64,000 nucleotides of DNA from Octopus sinensis (GCF_006345805.1 NW_021833746.1:1-64000); one strand, 5' to 3'. Positions 1-12,561 are shown, numbered from the stretch's first letter. Made by a program: numbers and translations. The notes: generated by a model not told the origin, from the sequence alone.

Positions 1-60
1 GACTGAACCTGGAACCATGTGGTTGGTAAGCAAGCTACTTCCCACACAGCCACTCCTGCG
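1..60 (-). mobile_element. SINE family A, head fragment
   Basis: Reverse complement of GCAGGAGTGGCTGTGTGG...GGTTCAGTC tRNA-like head. Confidence 0.85.
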
Positions 61-204
61 CGTATATATATCTGTATATATATATAATAATTTAATAAAT
101 AAATATATGCATACATACATATATGTACGTACCTACATCTACATGTATATATACATGCATATATATATATATATATATATGAGTGCATGACACCACAAAT
201 AAAC

Positions 205-660
205 GTAGAACTCAACGAGAAACGAAAACATAAAAACAAACTAGGAAACGGACTTTTTTTAACAATGAAAAAAACAGAGTACAAGACAAACAATACAAGG
301 AATATTCCCCTTCATCAGCTGTCCCTGGTTCGACTCAATGCGTGTTTCGAAGGTAAGGACAGAACACGACCCGTCGAACCAGTCCTTCCTGCAAAAGAAT
401 TAAATAAAATTCCTTTGCAGAGGGGTAAAAACAAGGAAAGAAAAAAATGTGACAAGAACAGGACGTAAAAGCAATACAAATAAAAATACAAATACAAATA
501 AAAATACAAATACAAAATAAAAATACAAATACAAAAAAATACAGTAATATACACAGAGAAAGGCAGAAACAAGGAAAATGCCAGTTAAATTTGAACACTA
601 TACAAATATTCTTTTAAAAATAATATTTTCAGGATTAAATAAAAAGAAATGACATATATA
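205..660 (-). mobile_element. Non-autonomous Penelope-like pLTR-type repeat (tentative)
   Basis: Minus strand carries TTCGAAACACGC and CTGATGA motifs typical of PLE termini. A-rich plus strand with AAATAC repeats. No ORF. Confidence 0.35.
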
Positions 661-669
661 TACTTGAGG

Positions 670-910
670 AAATGGCCAGGGACTGGGTGTTGTGGTGATT
701 TGCTGTACTTGAGAAGACGTGTCAAGCCAAGTAAAATCACTGCCGTCCGTAGATGCAGGCTTGTCCTTTAAAATTCACTTGTGCCGGTGCTGTGGAGAGT
801 CACCTATGGTAGTGGCATGTTAAAAGCACCCAGCATACTCTGTAAAGTGGTTGGCATTGAGAAGGGCATCCAGCTGTAGAAACCCTCCAACATAAGACAA
901 TTTGAATCTG
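670..910 (+). mobile_element. SINE family C, degenerate
   Basis: Contains gtggttggcattgagaagggcatccagctgtagaaac, the family C core. Confidence 0.6.
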
Positions 911-961
911 GACAGCTCCCCCAAACCTATTTCTTTACTACGCACAAGGGGCTAAACACAG

Positions 962-1341
962 AGGTTCCAGGTTCAGTCCCACTGCGTGGCACCTTGGGCA
1001 AGTTTCTTCTATTGTAGCCTTGGGCCAACCAAAGCCTTGTGAGTGGATTTGGTAGACGGAAACTGAAAGAAGCCCGTCGTATATATATGTATGTATATAT
1101 ATATATATATATATATATGCGTGTGTGTATTTGTGTGTCTGTGTTTGTCCCCCTAGCATTGCTTGACAACCGATGCTGGGGTGTTTATGTCCCCGTTACT
1201 TAGCGGTTCGGCAAAAGAGACCGATAGAATAAGTACTGGGCTTACAAAAGAATAAGTCCCGGGGTCGAGTTGCTCGATTAAAGGCGGTGCTCCAGCATGG
1301 CCGCAGTCAAATGACTGAAACAAGTAAAAGAGTAAAAGAGA
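962..1341 (+). mobile_element. SINE family A, 5'-truncated
   Basis: Head half, internal (TA)n/(TG)n, tail half ending gaaacaagtaaaagagtaaaagag. Preceded by a minus-strand family B tail fragment (924-962). Confidence 0.9.
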
Positions 1342-1346
1342 GAGAG

Positions 1347-1403
<57 letters not shown>

Positions 1404-2159
1404 ATATAGGGCTTCCACACAGTTTCTGCCAACCAAATTCACTCACAAGGCTATAAAAGGAGACAATTATCCCGCCACCAGGTACCCAACTGTGGGACTG
1501 AACCCTGGTCTATGTGCTTGGAAAGGCATGTTTTCTCAACCACTGAGCCATTACCGCTTCATAGAAGATAAGATATTTCTCATCAGCTGTCCCGTTCCTG
1601 CCAAGCTGATTGCGATTCCAGCCTCGCCTATCAAGACTATCAGCATAATTGTTAAACCCCGATATCGTAGATTGATCTGTTACAGAGCTAAATTTAGAGT
1701 CTTGCTTTTTCCCCCACCCCCCCACCCCACCCCACCCACTCCACAAAAACCTCGTCCAACAGGTGAATATGATATCCTTTATACGTTGCTTCGCTCAATA
1801 AATCTTACACTTCACTATCGGCTTTTTGCTTTTTCGTCCTGATTTCTAGGACGATTGCCAAGACTCTTCAAGTGCAGTAATAATGAAAAATGAAGAAGCA
1901 GCAAAAAAAAAAAAAAATAAAAAAATAAAGAGTAAGAGGGGGGGGGGAGAAAAAAAAAGAAGAAAAAATTGAACAGAATAAACCCGGCTCTTTGCAATCA
2001 TCTCAAGCACTTGTGTCAAACGAGCTTTGTATTTTGTTTCAGAAAAAACTTCTTTTTCTTTTTTTTTTTTTTTGTATTGCGTGCACATATATGTGCGGTG
2101 GTGGTGGTGGTGGTGGTGGTGATACTACACTGAATTGAAATTGAATGTGTATGTAATAT

Positions 2160-2210
2160 GTAATATGTGTGTGTATGTGTGTACACAAATCTTAATATGT
2201 CTGCATATAA

Positions 2211-2259
<49 letters not shown>

Positions 2260-2285
2260 CTATTTATATATATATTATATATAAG

Positions 2286-2316
<31 letters not shown>

Positions 2317-2343
2317 ATATGTATGTGTGTGTATATATATGTA

Positions 2344-2374
<31 letters not shown>

Positions 2375-2730
2375 ATATATGTGTGGTGTATATATGTGTG
2401 TGTGTATATATGTGTGTGTGTATATATATGTATGTGTGTGTGTATATATATGTGTGTGTGTATATATATGTGTGTGTGTGTGTATATATGTGTGTGTGTG
2501 TATATATGTATGTGTGTGTATATATATGTATGTGTGTGTATATTTGTCTGTGTGTGTGTGTATATATATATGTATATGTGTGTGTGTGTGTATATATATG
2601 TGTGTATATATATATGTGTGTGTGTCTCTGTGTGTGTGTATATATATATATGTGTGTGTGTATATAGATTGATAGATAGATATAGATATATATGTATGTA
2701 TAGTTATCTATCTTGCTCTATATATGTCAA
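2160..2730. repeat. Compound (TA)n/(TG)n microsatellite
   Basis: Directly visible. Source of the CVYI ORFs. Confidence 0.95.
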
Positions 2731-2827
2731 TGAATAATATATATAAGGTTTGTGAATAAATTATGTAATTCTGTATCATGTGATGCATTGATTCAATGTA
2801 GTTGTCTTTATTTCTTTTTAACTATAT

Positions 2828-2990
2828 ATCATCATCATCATCATCGTCGTCATCATCGTCCACTTTCCATGCTCGCATGGGTTGGACGGTTTGACTGAGG
2901 GCTGGCGAGCCAGAAGGCTGCACCAGGCTTCCAATCTAAATCTGGCAAGGTTCCTACAGCTGGATGCCCCTTGTGTACTGGGTATTTTTT
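2828..2990 (-). mobile_element. SINE family C, 3' fragment
   Basis: (CAT)n tail followed by ccatgctcgcatgggttggacgg...cagctggatgccc. Confidence 0.85.
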
Positions 2991-3031
2991 ACGTCAAGGC
3001 GTAGGTGTAATACACATACCTATTTTTTTAT

Positions 3032-3190
3032 TACCCACAAGGGGCTAAACACAGAGGGGACAAACAAGGACAGACATAGGTATTAAGTCGATTACTTCGA
3101 CCCCAGTGCGTAATTGGTACTTAATTTATCGACCCCGAAAGGATGAAAGGCAAAGTTGACCTCGGCGGAATTTGAACTCAGAACTCAGAT
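3032..3190 (-). mobile_element. SINE family B (Meta-domain-like), partial
   Basis: Contains atcgaccccgaaaggatgaaaggcaaagttgacc, the reverse complement of the family B core. Confidence 0.85.
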
Positions 3191-3949
3191 TGTTGAAGAA
3201 ATCGATAATAGGGTCCCTGGAAGGGATCCTTATATATAGCCAAGGAAAATAACCCCTTCATTTTCCTAATGCATTTGGTATAAATCAAATTGAGTATGCT
3301 TATATCTTAGTATTTGAACTGTTAGAATTATTTTCACCATTTATTCAGTATAACCCTTAAACAAGTAACTAGTATTTTCGTAAACAATAGATCCACTTAT
3401 TTCAGTTAGTTATTTATTCACGAATATAACAACACTAGCACCCCATGTTCTCTGGGAACGCACAAAAGGCCTTTTCAGAGTTATTTATTTTGAATTGTTA
3501 TTATCTCATATCTCTTTATCCTGTTATTACGTAACATGCTTCGCGATTTTAGTATACATACCTTATTAGTATTTCCTCCTATGTTCTATATACTCTGGGA
3601 ACGCATTAAGGCGCTTTTCGGGGTTACTTTCTTTGAATTCTTACTATCGGGTAACTAATTTCATGGTATTACGTAACTGTCTTCACAATTTGGGTATTCA
3701 TAACTTATTGAGAATTCCTAAAAGCAAGATCCTGTGTAAGACAGTTTGGTATTCTCTGTAAATGCACAAAAACCGTTTTAAGGCCTACATACTTTGTATT
3801 GTTGATATTGGATTAGCGAAACAATTATGAGAACGGAACCAAGGGATAAGCCCAGCTTTCCCGGAAATTACTGGGTGCGTCAGCTAGTACATACATATTA
3901 TGGATATTAATCAACCCTTTTGACTACGTCTTTACTTCTATCTTAAAAA

Positions 3950-4190
3950 TCTTTGCTGGACATTGTTGTAGAGCTGAAAACGAGGTTAATTTCTACTCTT
4001 CTCCTCTGGAAGTCATCTGCTCGTGATACCAGAGGGCGCACACTCTCCTACCCTGATGTAATCTCCAGGGATACAAGCATCAAGCAACAGGACCTCCGTA
4101 GTGCTATGATGGACCGTGAAGTCTGGCGTAACATAGTAAATTCCATTGACTCAACCACGACCACGGTCGAACAATGAAATGAATGACTTC
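3950..4190 (+). mobile_element. RTE-clade LINE 3' fragment
   Basis: ISTLLLWKSSAR..RGRTLSYPDVISRDT..DLRSAMMDREVWR resembles RTE ORF2 C-termini. Short (tgaa) tail. Confidence 0.75.
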
Positions 4191-4257
4191 TATCTTTCTA
4201 TTCTTCATAACCCTCTTCTCACACATTTTCTATCTCTTTCGTTCTCCCTCCTTGGCT

Positions 4258-4292
<35 letters not shown>

Positions 4293-4749
4293 GGCACATT
4301 CATTCCCCTAACTAAGGCCTCTCTTTGAATAGCATTGTGTTTATTCCTACCCAAATTTGAATATCTTCCTCACTGCTTTGGCAAACTACTACATTGTCCA
4401 TCTTTTATCTGGCCTATGCTGTTGGCATTGCTGTTGTTACAATCGATTTTATGTAGCAGTATGCATGCCTTTCTGTTTGTATCTTTCCTTCACACCTTGC
4501 CTTTGTTCTTTTGGTTATTTTCTCTCTATGACATTGTAAGCCCCTCCCACTGACAGCATTTATAACAATAACACTCTCTGTTATAAAGTGCACTGCAGTT
4601 ACCAAGTGGCAATTAAGTCCAGCTGTACATGAAAAATGCAAGATCTTTTCAAGAATCAAGATTTCCCCAAAACTGACATGCCATTAAAGGAAAAGGACTC
4701 ACTTACTGTACAAGGGAGGAACCAAAAGAAATTGGAAATTTGTGGTACT

Positions 4750-5385
4750 TGTTCCCCGTGCTAGTAGGGTGCTAAGAGTACCTATTTCCTTACTACCCAC
4801 AAGGGGCTAAACACAGAGGAGACAAATAAGGACAGACAAACGGATTAAGTTGATTACATCGACCCCAGTGCGTAACTGGTACTTAATTTATTGACCGCGA
4901 AAGGATGAAAGGCAAAGTCGACCTCAGCGGAATTTGAACTCAGAACGTAACGGCAAATGAAATACAGCCCAGCATTTCGCCCGGCGTGCTAACGATTCTA
5001 CCAGCTCGCCGCCTTTGGTGCTAAGAGTACCATCCGAGCATGATCGTTGCCAGAGCGGCTAACTGGCTTCCGTGCCGGTGGCATATAAAAGGCACCATTC
5101 AAGCGTGATCGTTACCAACTTTGCCTTACTGGCACCAGTGTCGGTGGCATGTGTAAAAAGATTCGAGCTACATCGTTGCCAGTACCGCCTGACTGGCCCG
5201 TAAAAGCACCCACTACACTCTCGGAGTGGTTGGCGTTAGGAAGGGCATCCAGCTTTAGAAACTCTGCCAGATCAAGATTGGAGCCTGGTGCAGCCATCTG
5301 GTTCGTCAGCCCTCAGTCAAACCGTCCAACCCATGCTAGCATGGAAAGTGGACGTTAAATGATGATGATGATGATGATGATGATT
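4750..5385 (+). mobile_element. SINE family C interrupted by a nested family B copy
   Basis: Core ggagtggttggcgttaggaagggcatccagc, tail ccaacccatgctagcatggaaagtggacgttaaa(tga)n. Confidence 0.85.
4781..5014 (-). mobile_element. SINE family B, full length, with 15-bp TSD
   Basis: Head aggcggcgagctgg, tail aaggaaatagg. TSD ggtgctaagagtacc at 4768-4782 and 5017-5031. Confidence 0.92.
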
Positions 5386-5732
5386 TTATTCACTTTGTTT
5401 TACATGTTCTGCACCCATGTCTAATAATGTGAAGACATGTGGCCTAGTGGCTAGGCTGTTGTACTTATGATTGCTAGATCATGGGTTCAATTATCTGATT
5501 GGGTAGCATGTTGTGGTTAAAATGATGCAAAGTGCATTGTGACCAGCGATGTGTAATAATATCTAATAGTCTGGTCGTTCCCTCGATTATGTGATGTCAT
5601 CAGATAAATATACAACATAAATTCTTGATTTACCAAAAAATTATCGCTTCCTGCCGATTGGATGAATGATAATTGCCATGATAATTAGCAAAATGACAAT
5701 TAAGATCAGCTTCAGCTGAGAATATATATATA

Positions 5733-6136
5733 TACTCTTTTACTCTTTTACTTATTTCAGTCATTTGACTGCGGCCATGCTGGAGCACCACCTTTAGTCG
5801 AGCAAATCGACCCCAGGACTTATTCTTTGTAAGCCCAGTACTTATTCTATCAGTCTCTTTTGCCGAACCGCAAAGTGACGGGGACGTAAACACACCAGCA
5901 TCGGTTGTCAAGCAATGCTAGAAGGACAAACACAGACACACAAACACACACACACATATATATATATATATACATATATACGACAGACTTCTTTCAGTTT
6001 CCGTCTACCAAATCCACTCACAAGGCATTGGTCGGCCCGGGGCCATAGCAGAAGACACTTGCCCAAGATGCCACGCAGTGGGACTGAACCCGGAACCATG
6101 TGGCTGGTTAGCAAGCTACTTACCACACAGCCACTC
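5733..6136 (-). mobile_element. SINE family A
   Basis: Both halves plus internal microsatellite. Confidence 0.9.
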
Positions 6137-6399
6137 ATTCAACAATCAGGGAGTCTCCATTGCTGACATGCCATTACAGTGGGAGAAGACGGGAGGGGGG
6201 GCACATGTCCATCTGTGGCCACTCAGTCTGATTCATGCTTGAAAGTCTCTGACACAGGTCAGGCACTGGTCTGGTGGTCTTTTGGGATTGAAGGCAAGGA
6301 GGTGACTCCAGACTGGCCTTGTCCACATTTACTTTGTGCCCCTTGCAATCCTGTTGTGTTTAGGAGAGGTGCCCCCCCCACCAATGAAAGATGTACTAC

Positions 6400-6800
6400 A
6401 AGTAGTGGTAGTGGTGATGATGGTGGTGGCGGAGGTGGTGGTATGCTAGGAGTGGTAGTAGCTTGTTTATAGTAGTGTGAGTAGGTGGTGGATGGGGGCG
6501 TGGTAGTGATGGCGGTGGTGGTGGTGGTATGGGTGTTTGCTGTAGTATGTAGCTGGTAGTGGTGGTGCTGTTAGTGGTAGTGGTGTGGTAGTTTGTAACC
6601 CATAAGTATGTATTGTTATGTTGATTGTAGTATGTAGGTGGTAGTGGTGGTAGTGCGTTTGTAGTAGTATGTACATGACATGGTGGTGGTGATGGTGGTG
6701 GTGTTGGTGGTGGTGGTGGCGGTGGTATTAGCAGTGGTGTTGGTGGTGGTGTTGGTGGTGGTGTTAGTAGTGATGTTGGTGGTGGTGGTGGTGGTGGTAT
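6400..6800. repeat. (GGT/AGT)n low-complexity tract
   Basis: Directly visible. Source of the poly-P/T ORFs. Confidence 0.9.
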
Positions 6801-6854
6801 GTCAATATTTCCTGAATAACACATCTTTGAAAGAATGTTTATTTTAGACCAGCT

Positions 6855-7075
6855 CACATCTGCCATCTTACTGTCACACACAGACAGAGAGAAGGGGCTG
6901 GGGGCGCGGGGGGGAGGGGGCTTAGGGGGTGGGCTGGTGGTGTGCAAAAGCTGTTGTGTGGTTAGGTTACCTTGTTCCTCATCTACTACAATAACCCCCC
7001 CTCTCATCCTTGGTCCCCTCTTTGTGTGTGTGTGTGTGTGTGTATGTACATAAACTCTGATTGGGTCATGTGACT
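6855..7075. promoter_or_regulatory. Candidate promoter-like motif cluster
   Basis: GCCATCTT (YY1-like, 6862-6869), G-rich GC-box/G4 tract (~6895-6935), CTGATTGG reverse CCAAT box (7057-7064) and palindromic GTCATGTGAC E-box (7065-7074), in non-repeat sequence 1.9 kb upstream of the first detected exon. Motif evidence only. Confidence 0.3.
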
Positions 7076-7295
7076 ACCACCTAGTGTCAGGAACAGCTGG
7101 GATGGGTCCTTGGTTAGGTCATCTTGCTCTATATGCATATATGGTGTGTGTGTGTGTGTTTGTATATGCAGGTATATGTGTATGTGTATCTATATTTGTC
7201 TATCTGGCTTCACACATGCATGCACACACACACATCTCTTTCTCTCTTTCTCTTTCCATATATATATATATATATATATATAATAATATATATAT

Positions 7296-7709
7296 TACTC
7301 TTTACTCTCTTTTACTCTTTTACTTGTTTCAATCATTTGACTGCGGCCATGCTGGAGCACCGCCTTTAATCGAGCAACTCGACCCCGGGACTTATTCTTT
7401 TGTAAGCCCAGTACTTATTCTATCGGTCTCTTTTGCCAAACCGCTAAGTGACAGGGACATAAACACACCAGCATCGGTTGTCAAGCAATGCTAGGGGGAC
7501 AAACACAGACACACAAACACACACACGCATACATATATATACATGTATACGACGGGCTTCTTTCAGTTTCCGTCTACCAAATCCACTCACAAGGCTTTGG
7601 TCGGCCTGAGGCTATAGTAGAAGATACTTGCCCAAGGTGCCACGCAGTGGGACTGAACCCGGTACTATGTGGTTGGTAAACAAGCTACTTACCACACAGC
7701 CACTCCTGT
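7296..7709 (-). mobile_element. SINE family A
   Basis: Both halves plus internal microsatellite. Confidence 0.9.
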
Positions 7710-7868
7710 GTATATATATACATATATAGTTTGAAGAAAAGTTGTCAATATTCAATTTCTGTACATCACACCTAATGCTCTATACATACATACATACATA
7801 CATACATACATACATACATACATACATACATACACACACGCACACACATGCATACATACATACATACA

Positions 7869-8572
7869 TACTAGCTGGTGTACCAGGTAATTCCCGGGGG
7901 TAAAGATGTTCTATTTAAACACCTTATTACTCTGATATAAAAAAAAACCAATTTCGTTATAACTGCCACAAAAAGTGTATTTTCTGTCCCGAAAAAGTAC
8001 AAAAAACTGTCAGCTGAAGGAGGGAGAGATTGTTGGAGGTTGGCGAGTGAGGTTTTCAGAGGTTGGCGAGTGAGGTTTTCAGAGGTTGGTGAGAAAGATT
8101 GTCAGAGGTTGGTGAGAGAGGTTTTCGGAGGTTGGCGAGAGAGGCCGTTGGAGATTGGCGAGAGAAATATATATATATACTAGCAGTATCGCCCGGCGTT
8201 GCTCGGGTTTGTAAGGGAAATAACTATATAAGCATTTTTAGAGATGTAAAGTATAATAGCTATCTCAATATGGCTAACCACAAAGGGGGGGGGTGTTACT
8301 GTAGCTTTTTACCTGAGATTTAATAATACATTTTTAGAGAGTTACTTCCCTTATATAATAGCAAAAAAATGCATTAAAAATGGGAAAAAATGATGGTAAA
8401 CTTTTTTTTAAATAGTAGACTCGTAGACGCGCGCTAATACCCAGAAGGGCTCGATATGAATCACGACTATAAGATACCTGCTTTTGGTTACACTGCACCG
8501 CAAAATGTGGGAGTAGTTAGGAATCTAAATCGTAGGAGACAGACACACAACTTCACTTTTATATATAAAGAT
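7869..8572 (+). mobile_element. Two adjacent Helentron/HINE-like non-autonomous elements
   Basis: Both start TACTAGC after an AT run (7869 and 8178). The first has ~20-bp tandem units (gaggttggcgagtgaggtttt). The second ends ttttatatataaagat and matches 42924-43494. Confidence 0.6.
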
Positions 8573-8938
8573 ATATGTATACATTAATACATACAATGAG
8601 CTTCTTAAAGTTTCCGTCTACCAAATCCACTCACAAGGCTTTGGTCAGCCCGAGGCTATAGTAGAAGATAATTGCCCAAGGTGTTGAATTGTTCAACTAA
8701 AGGCGGTGCTCCATCATGGCCACAGTCAAATGACTGAAACAAATAAAAGAGTAAAAGAGTAAGTAAATAAATGGAAATCAAACTCGTGGGTATGTTAAAT
8801 TAATAAAGCACTAAAAGAGAATGACCCTCCCCAGATACAATAAAAAATGCTTCAACACACAGATTCACATAAAGAATCCTGCAAACCAGTTGCAAAAATG
8901 AAATAATAATGTTATTTCTTTATTTTCTTCCATTGCAG

Positions 8939-9019
8939 TACATCGGTTCATTCTCAGTGATTGGAGTAGACCAAGGTATGAGAACTAATTTTGTGAAGAA
9001 GCATCTCGAAGACATGAGG
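8939..9019 (+). CDS. SH2D5: PTB adaptor (SH2D5-like), first detected coding exon: YIGSFSVIGVDQGMRTNFVKKHLEDMR
   Basis: Acceptor ttattttcttccattgcAG, donor AGG|GTGAGT, 81 nt, phase 0/0. YIGSF matches the first PTB strand (human SH2D5 YVGSF, recalled). Confidence 0.9.
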
Positions 9020-9264
9020 GTGAGTCTGGGCTTTTTGGACATTCTCAATTCTGTGGTTGTTGTTTTTGTTGTTGTTGTTGTTATTGTTTGTTTCAGTTGT
9101 CAGTTTGTTGTTAGCCATGCTGGTGCCCCACCACGAAGGGTTTTTTTTGTCGAACAAATCTGTCCTGGTAATTATTGCTTCGGTGCTTATTCTGTCCGTG
9201 TCTATGCTGAACCACGGAACGACATGGACGTGAACAAACCATCACTGGTCTTTGAACAGTGAGT

Positions 9265-9682
9265 GAGACAAACAGTATAAACACAACAACCTACATACAT
9301 ACACTCACACACATTCACGCCCATACACACACATATACATACACACCCATACAGACATACACACACATATACACACATACACACACTCATTCACACATAT
9401 ACACATATACACACATGCATACACACCCACACATACCCATACACACTCATACATAAACATACACACATACACACACATATACATACACACATATACACAC
9501 ATACACACACTCATTCACACATACACACCCATACACACATACGCTCACACATACATACACATATACATACACACCTATGCAGACATACACACATATACAC
9601 ACATGCACACCCACACCCACACACACCCACACACACACACATAAGCACACATACACATACACATACATACACACACACACAC
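9265..9682. repeat. (CA/TA) compound microsatellite
   Basis: Directly visible. Confidence 0.95.
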
Positions 9683-9739
9683 TTTGTAAGGAAGTTTTAC
9701 TTCTTTCCGTTTTGTCTTTGGTCAGTGTTATTTCCTACG

Positions 9740-9945
9740 TGAAGGCACATGGCCTAGGGGTCAGAGTCTTCAGCTCATGATCCTAAGGTTATAAGTTCAA
9801 TTTCTAGCCAAGCAATGTGTCCTTGAGCAAGACTTTTTATTTTCACATTGCTCCAGTCCACTCCGCCGGCAAAAATGAGTAGTACCTGTAATTCAAAGGG
9901 CCAGCCTTGTCACATTCCATGTCACACTGAATCTCCCTGAGAACT
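9740..9945 (+). mobile_element. tRNA-headed SINE (family F), 5' part
   Basis: tggcctagggg head and gtgtccttgagcaagac..ttgctccagtccact core. Related minus-strand copies at 11640-11955 and 18555-18750. Confidence 0.75.
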
Positions 9946-10339
9946 ACAAGAAAAATTGAAGTACGCCTTTGACAATTCTTGAACATAGGGAACTTCTGTT
10001 GTGTTTGACTTTTGGCCTACCCTTATGATTTTACTTCTCTTTCTTTTTACTCCCACCACCGCCACCACCTCAGCCTCTGCTTCTCAGGGAGAGCTGAACA
10101 GTGTGTGGGGGGGGGGTTTGCATGTATGTGTGTATATATGTGTGTGTCAGAGAATCTTCAGGGAAGAAGCACCTCCAGTCCATCTCATGCAAGTGTCTTG
10201 GCCCTTAAAACTTTTGGGACACATGGTGTTTTGGTATGTGTAGCTGAAAAGACCCCAGTTTTTTTTTCAGTTGAGATTCAACTTGAGGGGTGCATGCAGA
10301 AAACAATGGATAAAGTGCCTAAAGCTACTTTATTAGTAC

Positions 10340-10340
<1 letters not shown>

Positions 10341-10372
<32 letters not shown>

Positions 10373-11610
10373 TTAACGTCTGCTTTCCATGCTAGCATGG
10401 GTTAGACGATTTGACTGAGGACTGGCAAACCAGATGGCTGCACCAGGCTCCAATCTTGATCTGGCAGAGTTTCTACAGCTGGATGCCCTTCCCAATGCCA
10501 ACCACTCGGAGAGTGTAATGGGTGCTTTTACATGCCGTAGTATGGGTTGGACAATTTGACTGAGGACTGGTGAACCAGATGGCTGCACCAGGCTCCAATC
10601 TTGATCTGGCAGAGTTTCTACAGCTGGATGCCCTTCCCAATGCCAACCACTCGGAGAGTGTAATGGGTGCTTTTACATGCCGTAGTATGGGTTGGACAAT
10701 TTGACTGAGGACTGGTGAACCAGATGGCTGCACCAGGCTCCAATCTTGATCTGGCAGAGTTTCTACAGCTGGATGCCCTTCCTAACGCCAACCACTCCGA
10801 GAGTATAGTGGGTGCTTTTACATGCCGTAGTATGGGTTGGACAATTTGACTGAGGACTGGTGAACCAGATGGCTGCACCAGGCTCCAATCTTGATCTGGC
10901 AGAGTTTCTACAGCTGGATGCCCTTCCCAATGCCAACCACTCGGAGAGTGTAATGGGTGCTTTTACATGCCGTAGTATGGGTTGGACAATTTGACTGAGG
11001 ACTGGTGAACCAGATGGCTGCACCAGGCTCCAATCTTGATCTGGCAGAGTTTCTACAGCTGGATGCCCTTCCCAATGCCACCACTCGGAGAGTGTAATGG
11101 GTGCTTTTACATGCGTAGTATGGGTTGGACAATTGACTGAGGACTGGTGAACCAGATGGCTGCACCAGGCTCCAATCTTGATCTGGCAGAGTTTCTACAG
11201 CTGGATGCCCTTCCCAATGCCAACCACTCGGAGAGTGTAATGGGTGCTTTTACATGCCGTAGTATGGTTGGACAATTTGACTGAGGACGGTGAACCAGAT
11301 GGCTGCACCAGGCTCCAATCTTGATCTGGCAGAGTTTCTACTACAGCTGGATGCCCTTCCTAACGCCAACCACTCCGAGAGTATAGTGGGTGCTTTTACA
11401 TGCCGTAGTATGGTTGGACAATTTGACTGAGGACTGGTGAACCAGATGGCTGCACCAGGCTCCAATCTTGATCTGGCAGAGTTTCTACAGCTGGATGCCC
11501 TTCCTAACGCCAACCACTCCGAGAGTATAGTGGGTGCTTTTACATGCCACCGGCATGAGGGCCAGTCAGGCGGTACTGGCAAAGGCCATGGTCAAATGGT
11601 TTTTACATGC
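10341..11610 (-). repeat. SINE family C copy expanded into an 8-unit, 145-bp tandem array
   Basis: Unit starts at ~10396, 10541, 10686, 10831, 10976, 11119, 11263 and 11409. Confidence 0.95.
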
Positions 11611-11639
11611 CACCTGCACAAAGCTATATATATATCTAA

Positions 11640-11955
11640 CTAGCACTCCATCGGTTATGATGATGAGGGTTCCGGTTGATCCGATCACTGGAACAGCCTG
11701 CTCGTGAAATTAATGTGCAAGTGGCTGAGCACTCCACAGACATGTGCACCTTTAACATATTTCTCAGGGAGATGCAGCATGCTACAGAGTGTGACAAGAC
11801 TGGCCCTTTTGAATTACAGGTACAATACATTGCTACCCAGCTGATTGGACTGGAGCAATGTGAAATAAAGTGTCTTGCTCAAGGACACAAGACATTGCCA
11901 GAAATTGAACTCACAACTTTGTGATTATCAGCCAAATACCCTAACTACTGCGCCT
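11640..11955 (-). mobile_element. SINE family F, near full length
   Basis: Reverse complement matches 9740-9945 plus a 3' tail. Confidence 0.75.
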
Positions 11956-12167
11956 TCACATATATTATATAGTTTTATATTATATCTACTGAAGGATGAT
12001 CTCTGATTGGCTCTTACACTTCAAAACCAATCAATCATGTTTGTTTGATCTGGCTGATGGATTGACCTCAACTTGTATCACTTGGATGAGGGCTAAACCC
12101 CTTACACTCTAAGAAGAGCTGACCTATATCCAGGCCATGACCATGCTACATTTACTACATCATAAGC

Positions 12168-12345
12168 ACTACTACTACTACTACTACTACTACTATTACT
12201 ACTACCACCACCACCACCACCACCACCACCACCACTACTACTACTACCACTACTACTACTACTACAGCTGCTGCTGCTGCTACTACTACTGCGACTGCTG
12301 CTGTTGTTGCTGTTGCTACTACTACTACTACTACTGCTACTGCTG

Positions 12346-12425
<80 letters not shown>

Positions 12426-12561
12426 ACTACTACTGCTACTACTACTGCTGCTGCTACTACTACTACTACTGCTGCTGCTGCTACTACTACTGCTACTACT
12501 GTGGCTGTTGCTGTTGTTGCTGTTGCTACTACTACTACTACTACTACTACTGCTGCTGCTG

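Noticed and set aside
301-360. Hammerhead ribozyme on the minus strand (GAAAC..GTC..CTGATGA)
   Set aside because: Core motifs are in type II order but stems I, II and III do not pair at the core-adjacent positions.
1686-1762. Possible upstream exon ending CAG|GTGAAT
   Set aside because: No ATG in the required frame after an upstream stop, a low-complexity peptide, and no homology support.
8790-8815. ATGGAAATCAAACTCGTGG|GTATGT as the first coding exon
   Set aside because: The donor is phase 1 while the next exon needs phase 0, and joining them gives a stop within 17 codons.
11080-11450. Single-base indels accumulating in later array units (also 63540-63740)
   Set aside because: More likely long-read consensus errors than biological variation, so they were not used for variant typing.
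10373-11582. Repeated 71-110 aa ORFs and the spacer-free regular array as a CRISPR-like or gene cluster
   Set aside because: The units are SINE-derived and nearly identical, with no unique spacers, in a eukaryotic context.
11970-12110. Shared sequence with 23425-23570 as a conserved regulatory element
   Set aside because: Patchy similarity is more simply explained as two old copies of a dispersed repeat.
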